Shown piece by piece: positions 8,600 to 18,359 of a DNA stretch of 41,569 nt (within the stretch, counting starts at the first letter, position 1; the number at the start of each line of letters is the position of its first letter). A model generated the notes under the pieces. That model was not told the DNA's origin, did not search any database, and worked only from the letters and a program-made list of their open reading frames with translations. The position numbers and the translations under genes were made by a program. Origin of the DNA: a virus (Duplodnaviria > Caudoviricetes); IMG/VR virus record IMGVR_UViG_3300032212_000047, positions 1-41,569 of that record, one strand, 5' to 3'.

Positions 8600-9145
8600 A
8601 TGAAAAATACTTTAAGTTCAAGACTACACGCAATGCTCATCAGCATTTTTATTTCCGTTTTGATGCTTGTTCAAACGCAGGCTCAGGCGGAAATAATAAA
8701 GTACGACAAGTACACAATTGGGATAAATTTAAAGCCGCTTTCAATTTGTGCTATTTGGAAAGACTTAAGCAAGACGGATTATTATCAGTTTCGAGTCGTC
8801 AACGAAGCCGAGCTAAGAAGTCTGTTAAAAAAAGTTGTTGGAAAAAACGAAAAAGAAATAGAGGAAGTTGCCAAGCAAATACCTGTTACTCGCAAGCCGA
8901 TAGACGTTGAAATTGCACTTTGTAAAGAAGTTCAGGCTATTGCTGAAAAACCAAAAGTGTGGCGGGTAGCTAAGAATGGGAAGTATAAAACACGTCCTGT
9001 TTATACAACGGATTTAAATAAGAAAACAAAACACAGAGCAGCCGTAGGTTGGAATTGCGGGAAGTTAATTAAAAAAATTAATTCAAAACAACAATGGCGC
9101 TATCGTTATTTCGACAGAAAGCCTTATGCTGTGGTGTGTGAATGA
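8600..9145 (+). CDS. basic exported protein with signal peptide
   Basis: Hydrophobic N-terminus ending in AQA; ATGA coupling to the next gene. Confidence 0.7.
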   Translation: MKNTLSSRLHAMLISIFISVLMLVQTQAQAEIIKYDKYTIGINLKPLSICAIWKDLSKTDYYQFRVVNEAELRSLLKKVVGKNEKEIEEVAKQIPVTRKPIDVEIALCKEVQAIAEKPKVWRVAKNGKYKTRPVYTTDLNKKTKHRAAVGWNCGKLIKKINSKQQWRYRYFDRKPYAVVCE

Positions 9146-11373
9146 CCGCTTATGCCTCAGCAGGAACAGGTAATTGGAATATTGATACTAATTGGTCACC
9201 AGTTGGTGTACCTGTCGCAGGTGATACGGTTACTATCAATGCAGGCCATACGATAACCGTACCAAGTGCTTATCTTGCCGTTTACGGTACAGGGTTAGCA
9301 GGTACATGGGATCTAGATATACTTGGTTATTTTTATGTATACGGTGATTTAGATTTACAAGGTGATATGCGCTTACAAACTGGAGCGTTAGTAAGTTGTA
9401 GTGCTGGTTCAGTTTTAACGGGTAAAGTTATTGACCCAACTATATTGCTTGGCACAACAAATAACGGCGTTGTGACATTTAACTGTAACGGAACAGGCTG
9501 GGAAGCAGGTAATTCGGTGCAGATTAAAGGTGATGTTGGCCGCCATATTAAGTTTACAGATGTTTTGGCCGGCACAGCATCACCACAGGACAACGTCACA
9601 GCTAGATTTACTCGTTTTACTAATGTTGGCGATAGCGCAAACGATGCCTTTTTTACTGAATCGAATGTCTTTAAAACGTATGACTTTGCCGATGTCGTCT
9701 TTGATAATTGTGGACGATTAAATTTTGACGGACAGCTTGCACCAACGTTTACATTTAAGTATCAGAGAATTCTATGGGTTAATCCAGCAGTAGCAAGGCC
9801 GGTTTATTTTGCTACTAATGGGACATCAACAACATTAACATCAACTTGCTATATTAAAGATAGCGTCTTGATCGGCGATGGAGTAACCGTTCCGTCACTT
9901 TATATCGACAAGAACATATCAAACGCTGGCAATGCCGTTGTGTTCGATAACGTCGGTGTTATTGATGCACAGATATTCTTACGACATGGTTCTAATTATG
10001 ATATTTCATTCTGGGGGCAAAGTTTCGCGGCAGCAACACAAGATATACTGTTATATCGTGGTTCTGCCGAAGGTGGTTCGATAATACATGATTATGTTGT
10101 GTCAACTTTCCATAGTAACGCGCATCAAATCACAGGTTCAGCAAGTTTAGCGACTGTTACGAATCCGACTATTTTTGAAAATGGATTCTCACAAGGCAAC
10201 AATAGTATTGATGATTTACTTATTCTGATTGATGGGGCTATATCAAGAAATAATATCGGGCTGGCCGGTACGATGCATAACACGTTATCGAATGCAGGTA
10301 GCGGTGATATTAAAATGTTACACAATACCCATGTCGGCACAGCCGCACATGGTAAAACAAACTTGCATCGAATCGAAACACAAGAGCCAACACAAAATAT
10401 TGAAGTTCAATCTAATATCGACTATCGAGACGATATTAGTGGTGATGTCATAGAGAATGCGGCAGGGCTAACGGCGGATGTTGTCAACATTGCCGACTAT
10501 AACGTACAAAGCTATAAAGGCGGTGGAGAACCAGCGTGCGCTTATCATTCGAGCGTGGTTATCACAGCTAAGACCTGTGGTGACGCAGGATTCGGCCAGA
10601 ATGACATTAACAACAATCCTAATTTTGTTAATGAAGATTTTAGAATCTCAACTTGGCACGATACGTTAATCGGTGACGGTGTTACCGAACAAGATAAAAC
10701 AAATAATGCGTTTACTGAATTAATTAAAAATACTGTAAATCACGATAGAACAGGCGCTTACACTTCAACAGTTGATACGCGATATACAAAATCTAATTTC
10801 CTCATAGCAGCACGAACAGCCTTTGCACCGACTAATGTTGCTTTACAGAATAACGGGCATGATGGAGTAACGAGGGGAGCGCTTGAGTATGTTTCTGCTG
10901 ACACACCTTTAACAGTACAAAGTTTTAATCAGTCATATTCTTTAGATGTGCCTGTACTTACACAAGCTAATGTTCTATCCATAGCAGATATTTTACAAAG
11001 CAGCTCAACAGATAACGTATTATTATCACAGGGCAATATTATCGCTATTGATAATGTTACTTTTTCGAGCAGTTATGAAAATGTGGCTTTAGATGCTAGC
11101 TTGTCTTTGATTGTCTCAGATTTAAACTACTCTCAGTCACTAGAAAACAGCGTCTTATCTCAACAAAACATATTAAGCGTTCAATCTGCTTTGTATAGTG
11201 TTGGCGTGGATAATATAAATATTACTCAAGCTAATGTCTTGGTTGTTGATAATCAAACATATTCAAGCTTACTTGATGCGATTTTATTATCAGTAACTTA
11301 CCCTGTCACCACTCCATTAAGCAGAATTCAGATAATTAAATCAGAATCCCGAACCTTTATCATTTATAACTAA
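9142..11373 (+). CDS. large beta-helix-like putative head fibre/adhesin with 22-aa C-terminal repeats
   Basis: G8-like start GNW..TNWSP.GVP.AGDTVTI.AGHTIT; Asn/Gly/Thr-rich body; six 22-aa repeats at about 10909-11296. Confidence 0.6.
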   Translation: MTAYASAGTGNWNIDTNWSPVGVPVAGDTVTINAGHTITVPSAYLAVYGTGLAGTWDLDILGYFYVYGDLDLQGDMRLQTGALVSCSAGSVLTGKVIDPTILLGTTNNGVVTFNCNGTGWEAGNSVQIKGDVGRHIKFTDVLAGTASPQDNVTARFTRFTNVGDSANDAFFTESNVFKTYDFADVVFDNCGRLNFDGQLAPTFTFKYQRILWVNPAVARPVYFATNGTSTTLTSTCYIKDSVLIGDGVTVPSLYIDKNISNAGNAVVFDNVGVIDAQIFLRHGSNYDISFWGQSFAAATQDILLYRGSAEGGSIIHDYVVSTFHSNAHQITGSASLATVTNPTIFENGFSQGNNSIDDLLILIDGAISRNNIGLAGTMHNTLSNAGSGDIKMLHNTHVGTAAHGKTNLHRIETQEPTQNIEVQSNIDYRDDISGDVIENAAGLTADVVNIADYNVQSYKGGGEPACAYHSSVVITAKTCGDAGFGQNDINNNPNFVNEDFRISTWHDTLIGDGVTEQDKTNNAFTELIKNTVNHDRTGAYTSTVDTRYTKSNFLIAARTAFAPTNVALQNNGHDGVTRGALEYVSADTPLTVQSFNQSYSLDVPVLTQANVLSIADILQSSSTDNVLLSQGNIIAIDNVTFSSSYENVALDASLSLIVSDLNYSQSLENSVLSQQNILSVQSALYSVGVDNINITQANVLVVDNQTYSSLLDAILLSVTYPVTTPLSRIQIIKSESRTFIIYN

Positions 11374-11384
11374 AAGAGGTATTT

Positions 11385-11609
11385 ATGAAATTTAAAGTTT
11401 TACATGAGTTTAAACATGGACATTTAACCCTAGAAGTAGGGAATAGCCATGATTCAGAAGTTTTGGGAATAGATGACGGTTTTATGATGGCCTATTGTCG
11501 CGCAGGGTTTGTTGAGATTGACGGCCAGCAAGTACAAGAAATAAATACTTCTCATCAGGAAGTAATTGCAGATAATGTTCAGATTAAGGTAGGTGTTCAA
11601 AATGGCTAA
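11385..11609 (+). CDS. small hypothetical virion-cassette protein
   Basis: GAGGT RBS; overlaps the next gene. Confidence 0.65.
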   Translation: MKFKVLHEFKHGHLTLEVGNSHDSEVLGIDDGFMMAYCRAGFVEIDGQQVQEINTSHQEVIADNVQIKVGVQNG

Positions 11610-11973
11610 GTTTGCAGAAGATGTTTTCATTGATGGCGGCTTAGACCGTATGGATGATTGTGTTTTAATGTCGATCTGTTCAGCGCAACCAGCAAATAAG
11701 GCAGGTGTAGCGGCTGTGACTTTGGCATCAGTAGCACTAACGGCTGGCGCAGGTAATGGCGATTACACTAAAGCGGCTGGTGATGTATCAGGCAGAAAGC
11801 TAACTGTAGCACAGCAAGCAGCTATTTCTATTACTGCATCAGGTACGGCTACGCATATTGTTTTAGACGATGGTGTAAATATTTTGGGTACGACTTGCAC
11901 AAGTCAGGTATTGACGATAGGCGGAACGGTAACCGTGCCAGCCTTTAAAGCTGAGATTGCCGATCCTGCATAA
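11593..11973 (+). CDS. Ala/Thr/Gly-rich putative virion decoration protein (start probably MAKF)
   Basis: SGRKLTV...ASGTATH...GGTVTVP beta-rich pattern. Confidence 0.6.
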   Translation: MFKMAKFAEDVFIDGGLDRMDDCVLMSICSAQPANKAGVAAVTLASVALTAGAGNGDYTKAAGDVSGRKLTVAQQAAISITASGTATHIVLDDGVNILGTTCTSQVLTIGGTVTVPAFKAEIADPA

Positions 11974-12242
11974 TGTTTATCAAAGACCCTGATTCAGTAT
12001 TAGACTATAAGTTTGATTGGTCTAGCTGGTTAGATGCTGGTGAAACCATTACTGTTTCAACAGTGACAACCCCTGCTGGAATCATCAAGGATTCTGATTC
12101 AATCACTGATACTAATACAAGCGTTACGGTCTGGTTGTCGGGCGGTATTGCTGGCGTTAATTATAAGATTGCAAACAAGATAACCACATCAGCAGGCCGT
12201 ACCGATGAGAGGTCTATTATCATTAACATGTTAAATAAATAA
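11973..12242 (+). CDS. putative fibre adaptor protein
   Basis: KDPDSVLDYKFDW...VWLSGG..G..Y...ITTS.GRTDERS, a motif I recognise from small phage virion proteins. Confidence 0.65.
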   Translation: MFIKDPDSVLDYKFDWSSWLDAGETITVSTVTTPAGIIKDSDSITDTNTSVTVWLSGGIAGVNYKIANKITTSAGRTDERSIIINMLNK

Positions 12243-12589
12243 TGCCTTTATCACCACCAAGACCATGCCCTAAACACCCCAAAGTATTATTAAGTAAAGG
12301 CGATACCTGCCCACACTGCCCCAAATTTAACTGGAAGAAAGATAGTGTAAGAGGTAATAGACATCAACGCGGGTATGGAAAAGCTTGGGAGACAACCAGA
12401 GCAATAATATTAAAACGTGATAAGTACTTATGTCAGCCTTGCAAAAGAAACGGGCATATAGTTGCAGCGAAGCAAGTAGACCACAAGATACCAAAGGCAC
12501 AAGGCGGAACAGACAATCATGAGAATCTACAGTCAATCTGTATCTCATGTCATGCAAATAAGACTGCTAAAGAATCAAAGCAGGTATAG
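12242..12589 (+). CDS. HNH endonuclease, terminase-associated (HK97 gp74-like)
   Basis: RGYG..W...R..IL.RD.YLCQPC...VDHKIP...GG....NLQSIC..CH..KT; directly upstream of terS. Confidence 0.93.
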   Translation: MPLSPPRPCPKHPKVLLSKGDTCPHCPKFNWKKDSVRGNRHQRGYGKAWETTRAIILKRDKYLCQPCKRNGHIVAAKQVDHKIPKAQGGTDNHENLQSICISCHANKTAKESKQV

Positions 12590-12715
12590 TAAATGGATAA
12601 TAATATTATTTACGTTGTACAGGGGAAGGGCGGGTTGATCCTTTTTTGGACAATTTCTAAGTACCGCTGCTTTCCAAACATTTTCGCATAACCAGTTGAG
12701 CATTCTCAAAATACT

Positions 12716-13087
12716 ATGTCTAACCAACGAAAACCCAACAATCTGCATTTGCTTGAAGGGACCTTCAGGAAGCATAGACACGGTGATCCAAATAAGAAAA
12801 TAAAAGTTGGTGCGGAATTTCCGGTTCAGCCTAAGTGGCTTCCAAAGGATGCTAAAGCAGAATGGCAGCGAATTAAAAAAGTAATGGAAAAGTCTTCGGT
12901 TATTATTTCATCGGATGCGTCAACATTAGCGCAATATTGTTTGCTGTTCTCTGAAATGAAAAAATTAAAAGAAAACTTCCCAGCCGCAAAGCATACGCAA
13001 CTAAGAAGCTGCGCATCTGAGCTGGGATTAACACCAGTAGCGCGAAGCAAAATAGCAGTACCTAAAGATGACGACGAGGAATTCTAG
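12716..13087 (+). CDS. terS: terminase small subunit (P27-like)
   Basis: RKP..LHLLEG, PKWL...AKAEW and ELGLTPVARSKI motifs. Confidence 0.9.
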   Translation: MSNQRKPNNLHLLEGTFRKHRHGDPNKKIKVGAEFPVQPKWLPKDAKAEWQRIKKVMEKSSVIISSDASTLAQYCLLFSEMKKLKENFPAAKHTQLRSCASELGLTPVARSKIAVPKDDDEEF

Positions 13088-14735
13088 TTTTTCAGAAAGA
13101 GCCTTAGTTTATGCTAACAACGTTATAAGCGGCGAAGAAGTTTCTTGTTTGTATGTGCGCCAAGCATGTCAACGTTTTATAGACGATTTAGAACGATGCG
13201 CAAATAACGATGTAATAATTTTTGATTCAGATGACGCTCAGCTCTGGTGTGAAAATCTTGAGAAGTTGCCTCATGTGAAAGGGAAATGGATCGGCCAATT
13301 ATTCAAGCTTTCTGATTACCAAATATTCTGCACTGTAAATATATTCGGCTTCAAATGGCGTGATAGTAAATTGCGCCGGTTTCGTGATGCGTATATTGAA
13401 GTACCGCGAAAGAACGGAAAGTCTTTTTGGGTGGCCGGCATTGGTGTGGGGATGCTTACATGGGAAGAAGAACCAGGTGCTGAGATTTACTGCGGAGCAA
13501 CATCAGAAGATCAAGCATCATTTGTATTCGACCCAGCTAAATTAATATGTGATCGAACTCCTAAATTAAGAAAAAAATATAACGTATCTGTTAACGCGAA
13601 GACATTAACAATCGTAGACAAGGCATCTGTTTTCAAACGTGTGATCGGTGACCCTGGCGATGGCGCTAGCCCTTCCTGCGCAATTACGGATGAGTACCAT
13701 GAACATAAAGATTCCCGGCAAGTCGATACGATGGAAACCGGAATGGGTGCAAGAGAACAACCGTTAGGGTTTAAAATCACCACCGCTGGATCTGATATGG
13801 GTGGCCCTTGTTATGTAAAGAGATTGGATGTAATCAGTATTTTATCTGGCTCAGTTGAAGACGACACCCAATTCGGAATAATTTATTCGATAGATGATGA
13901 CGATGAATGGGACACAATAGAAGCTCAAAAGAAAGCCAATCCTAACTATGGGATAAGCGCCGATCCTGCTTTCCTTAAAGCGCAATTAAACCAAGCCCGG
14001 CGATCTGCATTAAAGCAGGCAACGTATAAAACTAAACACCTTAACCAATGGGTTGGCGCTAAGTCAGCCTGGATGAATATGCTTGCTTACCAAGCATGCA
14101 GAAAGAAAATTAACATCGAGGATTTCAAAGGCTGTGATTGTTACATCGGTATTGATTTAGCATCAAAGATTGATATTGCATCGATGGCGATAACGATAGT
14201 AAAAGATGGAAAATATTATTGTTTTGTAAAACACTATTTACCCGAAGAAACTATTTTAAATAACGATAGATACAAAGCATGGCATGCCGATGGCTGGATC
14301 ACATCAACACCGGGCAATACTATCGATTATGAATACATCGAAGATGATTTGAAGGAATTAAAAACACACCTCCAAATCAAAGAAGTGCCTTACGATCCAT
14401 TTCAGGCAACACAGTTTTCAATTCGTATGTTTGCAGAAGGCTTCCCAATGGTTGAGCTTGGCGCAACGGTTCGGAATTTCTCTGAACCAATGAAAGAACT
14501 TGAAGCTTTAATTCTTAAAAAAGAAATTCAATTTAATCATGATCCTGTTTTGATGTGGATGTTCGGTAATGTCGTTGCGAAACTCGACAAGAAAGACAAT
14601 ATTTTCCCGAATAAAGAAAGACCAGAAAACAAAATCGATGGTGTTGTTGCCCTTATCATGACAATCAACCGAGCAATGTTGGAGAAAGAAACCGGCAATC
14701 TCGATCAATTCTTATCAAACTTGGTTAGTATATGA
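13068..14735 (+). CDS. terL: terminase large subunit
   Basis: Walker A VPRKNGKS; Walker B ITDEYH; ITTAG; nuclease motifs GIDLAS and KIDGVVA. Confidence 0.97.
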   Translation: MTTRNSSFSERALVYANNVISGEEVSCLYVRQACQRFIDDLERCANNDVIIFDSDDAQLWCENLEKLPHVKGKWIGQLFKLSDYQIFCTVNIFGFKWRDSKLRRFRDAYIEVPRKNGKSFWVAGIGVGMLTWEEEPGAEIYCGATSEDQASFVFDPAKLICDRTPKLRKKYNVSVNAKTLTIVDKASVFKRVIGDPGDGASPSCAITDEYHEHKDSRQVDTMETGMGAREQPLGFKITTAGSDMGGPCYVKRLDVISILSGSVEDDTQFGIIYSIDDDDEWDTIEAQKKANPNYGISADPAFLKAQLNQARRSALKQATYKTKHLNQWVGAKSAWMNMLAYQACRKKINIEDFKGCDCYIGIDLASKIDIASMAITIVKDGKYYCFVKHYLPEETILNNDRYKAWHADGWITSTPGNTIDYEYIEDDLKELKTHLQIKEVPYDPFQATQFSIRMFAEGFPMVELGATVRNFSEPMKELEALILKKEIQFNHDPVLMWMFGNVVAKLDKKDNIFPNKERPENKIDGVVALIMTINRAMLEKETGNLDQFLSNLVSI

Positions 14736-16150
14736 ACTTATTCTTACGCGCATTAGCTCTATTTGGTTTAGGCGGAATATCTAATCCAGACAAAGGAAAG
14801 CAAACAGGAACATCGGGCGGTATAGGTACAGACTCTGGAATTTCTGTTTCAGATGAACGCGCAATGAAAGTTTCTGCTGTTTGGGCTTGCGTTCAATACA
14901 TTACAAATTCAGTTTGCTCATTACCGTTAAATTTTTACGAGACTACTGCTGACGGACGTAAGGAAGTTGGCCGTCATTATTTAACAGACTTATTTCATGT
15001 TTCACCTAATGCTTTAATGAAGCCAAGAGACTTTAGAAAAGCAATGACCATGCAATTGTGTATGTGGTCCAATGCTTACGCTGAGATTTTCTGGAATGGT
15101 GATAGGCCTGTATCAATTGTTCCTTTAAGACCTGGACGAATGACACCAGTTTTAAGTGATGGCGAATTAGTTTATCACTACCAAATGGAACAAGGTGTTC
15201 GAGTTTTATCAAAGCGATCTGTATTGCACCTAAAAGGTTTTGGAACAGATGGCATTGTTGGCCTTGAACGACAGAGTTATGCCCGGCAAACAATGGGCCT
15301 TTCTGTTTCAGCAGATACCTACGCGGCTAAACAATTTGCAAATGGTGGCCGTTCTGGTGGCGGTTACTTAATGTTTGATGAGTTCCTTACTGACACACAA
15401 CGTGATCAAGCTAAAGCATTATATTCTGGAATGTCTCAAACTGCTTTTGAAAAAGGCAAGCTATGGATTTTAGAAGGTGGCGTGAAGTATGAAACGGATG
15501 CTTTGAATCCTGACACTATGCAAATGATTGAAACACGCAAAATGCAGGTTGGTGAAATTGCACGTTTCTTTGGTGTGCCTGAAATCATGATTGGTGGCGG
15601 TGGTGCAACAAGTGCATGGCCGGCATCATTTGAGCAGCAATTATTATCTTTTCTCACGTTCACTCTTCAAGATTATTTAGATGAATGGGAGGCTGGCATT
15701 AAGGCTTCACTGATTAACGCAAAAGATAGACGAAAAGTATTTGCCGATCATGATGTGTCTGGATTCATAAAAATGGATTCTCTCACTAAAGCTCAGCTTC
15801 AATCTTCATGGGTTCAAAACGGACTCAAGACACGAAATGAGATTAGAAAAATTAATAATGACCCATCTAAAGAAGGTGGGGATGAGTTAACAGTACAGGT
15901 TAATTTAACGCCTATTGAACAATTGGCACTTGCCACAGGGCAAGCCGCAGCTATACCAGTAACCCCTAAGCCTAAATTAGAGATTAACAATAAGCCAGCA
16001 GAATCAATGCATCCAGATAAAGATGCCCCAAAAAATATAAATATCCATATATCTGGAAACCCAAATGGTGAGCAGGTTAAGCAATTAATAGAAGCCATTA
16101 ACGAAGAGCAAGGTAACCATAATGCTACGCAAATTACACAATCCAATTGA
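14732..16150 (+). CDS. HK97-family portal protein with an unusual C-terminal extension
   Basis: AVWACV..I...V.SLP, IARFFGVP and TRNEIR...GGDEL motifs; about 70 extra residues after NLTPIEQL. Confidence 0.95.
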   Translation: MNLFLRALALFGLGGISNPDKGKQTGTSGGIGTDSGISVSDERAMKVSAVWACVQYITNSVCSLPLNFYETTADGRKEVGRHYLTDLFHVSPNALMKPRDFRKAMTMQLCMWSNAYAEIFWNGDRPVSIVPLRPGRMTPVLSDGELVYHYQMEQGVRVLSKRSVLHLKGFGTDGIVGLERQSYARQTMGLSVSADTYAAKQFANGGRSGGGYLMFDEFLTDTQRDQAKALYSGMSQTAFEKGKLWILEGGVKYETDALNPDTMQMIETRKMQVGEIARFFGVPEIMIGGGGATSAWPASFEQQLLSFLTFTLQDYLDEWEAGIKASLINAKDRRKVFADHDVSGFIKMDSLTKAQLQSSWVQNGLKTRNEIRKINNDPSKEGGDELTVQVNLTPIEQLALATGQAAAIPVTPKPKLEINNKPAESMHPDKDAPKNINIHISGNPNGEQVKQLIEAINEEQGNHNATQITQSN

Positions 16151-16778
16151 TTCATGCAGTTTTAAATTCAGTTCTACCAAAGAAGGCGTATTCGAAGGAT
16201 ATGCCTCAAAGTTTGGGAATGTCGATTCATATGGCGATACGATTTTAAAAGGCGCTTACGAGAAAACATTAAAAGCGAATAGAGCTCCATCAATGTTTGT
16301 TAATCACGATAGCTACCAAGTCCCTGTTGGTGATTGGGTTGAATTATCAGAAGATGATCACGGTTTATACGTGAAAGGCAAAGTTGACTTAAATCACAAA
16401 GATGGTCCAACCGTCTATTCAGCTTTAAAACGTGGCGCAATGGATGGAATGAGTATCGGCTACAAAGTCGCTAAAGGTGGCGGTGTTGAAAACGATGCCG
16501 GTGGAATGGATTTAAGTGAAATAATTTTAAAAGAAATCAGTGTTGTGAATTTCCCTGCTGATGAGCATGCAAGAATATCGGTGGTGAAATCAGACATTGG
16601 TTTGATAGAAAGTTTAAAAGATGCGGAGGCTCTATTGCGTGATGCAGGATACTCTAAGTCAGCGGCCACAGCGTTTGTTGGTCGAATCCGTATGTTATGT
16701 AAGGGCGATCCTTCTGCAAACGATGAAATCATAAAAGACGCACAAGAAGCTCTAGCTAAAAGAATAGCTAATTTTTAA
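16122..16778 (+). CDS. HK97-family prohead protease
   Basis: FEGYAS.FG.VDSYGD, NHD, GMSIGY and EISVV.FPA motifs. Confidence 0.95.
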   Translation: MLRKLHNPIDSCSFKFSSTKEGVFEGYASKFGNVDSYGDTILKGAYEKTLKANRAPSMFVNHDSYQVPVGDWVELSEDDHGLYVKGKVDLNHKDGPTVYSALKRGAMDGMSIGYKVAKGGGVENDAGGMDLSEIILKEISVVNFPADEHARISVVKSDIGLIESLKDAEALLRDAGYSKSAATAFVGRIRMLCKGDPSANDEIIKDAQEALAKRIANF

Positions 16779-16802
16779 ACTAACAAATAATAGTATGAGA
16801 TG

Positions 16803-16824
16803 GCCGCTTAATTGCGGTTTTTTT
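16803..16824 (+). terminator. terminator-like hairpin upstream of the capsid gene
   Basis: GCCGC-TTAATT-GCGGT followed by a T run. Confidence 0.55.
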
Positions 16825-16840
16825 ATGCGTGGAGAACACT

Positions 16841-18058
16841 ATGTCACAAGCATATCAAAGTAATTTATCAGATGAGCAACGCGAAAATATCGTTGCTTTA
16901 AAGTCGATTGAAAAATCACTAGAAACTAAATTTGGTGATTTAGACGATACCATTGAACAAATGAATGGTCAGATGAAAGAGTCTGGCACTGTTTCAGTTG
17001 AAGTAAAAAACGCTGTTGAGAAATTAACAGAAGATTACGATGGCCTATATACTCGCCTTCAAGAGGTTGAGCAAAAAGGTATCCAGCTGCATGAAGATGC
17101 ACATGGTATTGATATTGGATCAGAGTTTATTAAGTCCGAACAATATCAAGCTTTAGTTGAAGGCAAACAAGGCCAAGCGCGAATTGAGGTGAAAACCGCA
17201 ATTATTAATGCGACAGGTCAAAACCAACCTTTAGTACCAGCAGATCGCAGCATGGGTATTATCAGCGAGCCTAATCGCATGCTTCGCATTCGTGACGTTC
17301 TTGCTGCAACAGGTACAAATAGTAATTTAATTGAATACGCAAAAGAAAATGTATTCACTAATAATGCTGGTCCTACTGTCTCTGGTTCACCGGAACAATT
17401 TGAAAATGTAACTAAACCAGAATCTGGAATCACATTTACGCTTGAAAATGAACCTGTTCAAACTATTGCGCATTGGATACCAGCATCTAAACAAGTGATT
17501 GAAGATTCAGCACAATTACAAGGGTATATCTCTGGTCGTTTAACTTATGGCTTGAAATTGAAAGAAGAAACTCAATTGTTGACCGGTACAGGTGCTAACG
17601 GCCAATTGAATGGCTTAATCACTCAAGCAACTGCTTACACTGTGCAATCACCTCAATTAACTAACGAAATGGACATTATTCGTGAAGCAATCAAACAAGC
17701 TCAATTGTCTGAATACTTCCCAACGAATATTGTACTTAATCCACAAGATTGGTATGACATTGATGTTCGTAAAGTTGGTACTTCTGATGACCGTTATGTT
17801 GTCGGCAACCCACGCGAAATGTCAGCGCCACGTTTATGGGGTCTTCCTGTAATTCTATCTAACTCTATATCAGCAGGTACTTTCTTGCTAGGTGCATTTG
17901 ATATGGGCGCGGAGATTAAAGACCGCATGCAAGCTACAGTTGAGGTGAGCCGTGAAAACAGTGATAACTTTGTTAAGAACATGATCACAATTCTTGCAGA
18001 AGAACGTATTGCGCTTGTTGTATATCGTCCGGCTGCTTTCATCACTGGCTCATTATAG
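16841..18058 (+). CDS. major capsid protein, HK97 fold
   Basis: GGAG RBS then ATG 16841; coiled-coil delta domain; KPES...TIAHW; NFVKNMITILAEER.AL.VYRP.AF. Confidence 0.97.
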   Translation: MSQAYQSNLSDEQRENIVALKSIEKSLETKFGDLDDTIEQMNGQMKESGTVSVEVKNAVEKLTEDYDGLYTRLQEVEQKGIQLHEDAHGIDIGSEFIKSEQYQALVEGKQGQARIEVKTAIINATGQNQPLVPADRSMGIISEPNRMLRIRDVLAATGTNSNLIEYAKENVFTNNAGPTVSGSPEQFENVTKPESGITFTLENEPVQTIAHWIPASKQVIEDSAQLQGYISGRLTYGLKLKEETQLLTGTGANGQLNGLITQATAYTVQSPQLTNEMDIIREAIKQAQLSEYFPTNIVLNPQDWYDIDVRKVGTSDDRYVVGNPREMSAPRLWGLPVILSNSISAGTFLLGAFDMGAEIKDRMQATVEVSRENSDNFVKNMITILAEERIALVVYRPAAFITGSL

Positions 18059-18063
18059 GAAAT

Positions 18064-18092
18064 AGGGGCTAGCAATAGCCCCTTATCTTTTT
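18064..18092 (+). terminator. intrinsic terminator after the capsid gene
   Basis: AGGGGCTA-GCAA-TAGCCCCT followed by a T-rich tail. Confidence 0.8.
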
Positions 18093-18359
18093 ATGAAAAT
18101 TAAAATACTTGGTAATCCAATTACTGCGCATGGTTCATTTGATGATGGGCAGATATTGACGGATGAGAAATATCAGAAAGCTTTTCTTGATCATCTAGTG
18201 GAAGCAAATGCAGCGGAATACGTGGACAAAGAAAAATACGAAACAAAAGTTGTTGAGGTGGAAGCTGTAAAAAAGAACCCGTCTTCACTGTTATCGCAAC
18301 CGGCCAAAGTCTTGAAGAAAGAGACATCCAAAAAGCGCAAGAAAAAACAAAAGTCATAG
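18093..18359 (+). CDS. small post-capsid protein with Lys-rich tail (zero-frame product)
   Basis: 88-aa ORF immediately after the capsid gene; contains the slippery site at VKK. Confidence 0.8.
   Translation: MKIKILGNPITAHGSFDDGQILTDEKYQKAFLDHLVEANAAEYVDKEKYETKVVEVEAVKKNPSSLLSQPAKVLKKETSKKRKKKQKS
18255..18275 (+). promoter_or_regulatory. -1 programmed ribosomal frameshift signal
   Basis: GAGG(TGG) at 18255 and A AAA AAG at 18269-18275, in the correct phase. Confidence 0.75.

Noticed and set aside
8570-8610. Hammerhead-like CTGATGA...GAAA
   Set aside because: No stem II pairing and no valid NUH cleavage triplet with stem III.
8584-8910. 108-aa alternative-frame ORF
   Set aside because: It overlaps the 181-aa ORF, which has a signal peptide and couples to the next gene.
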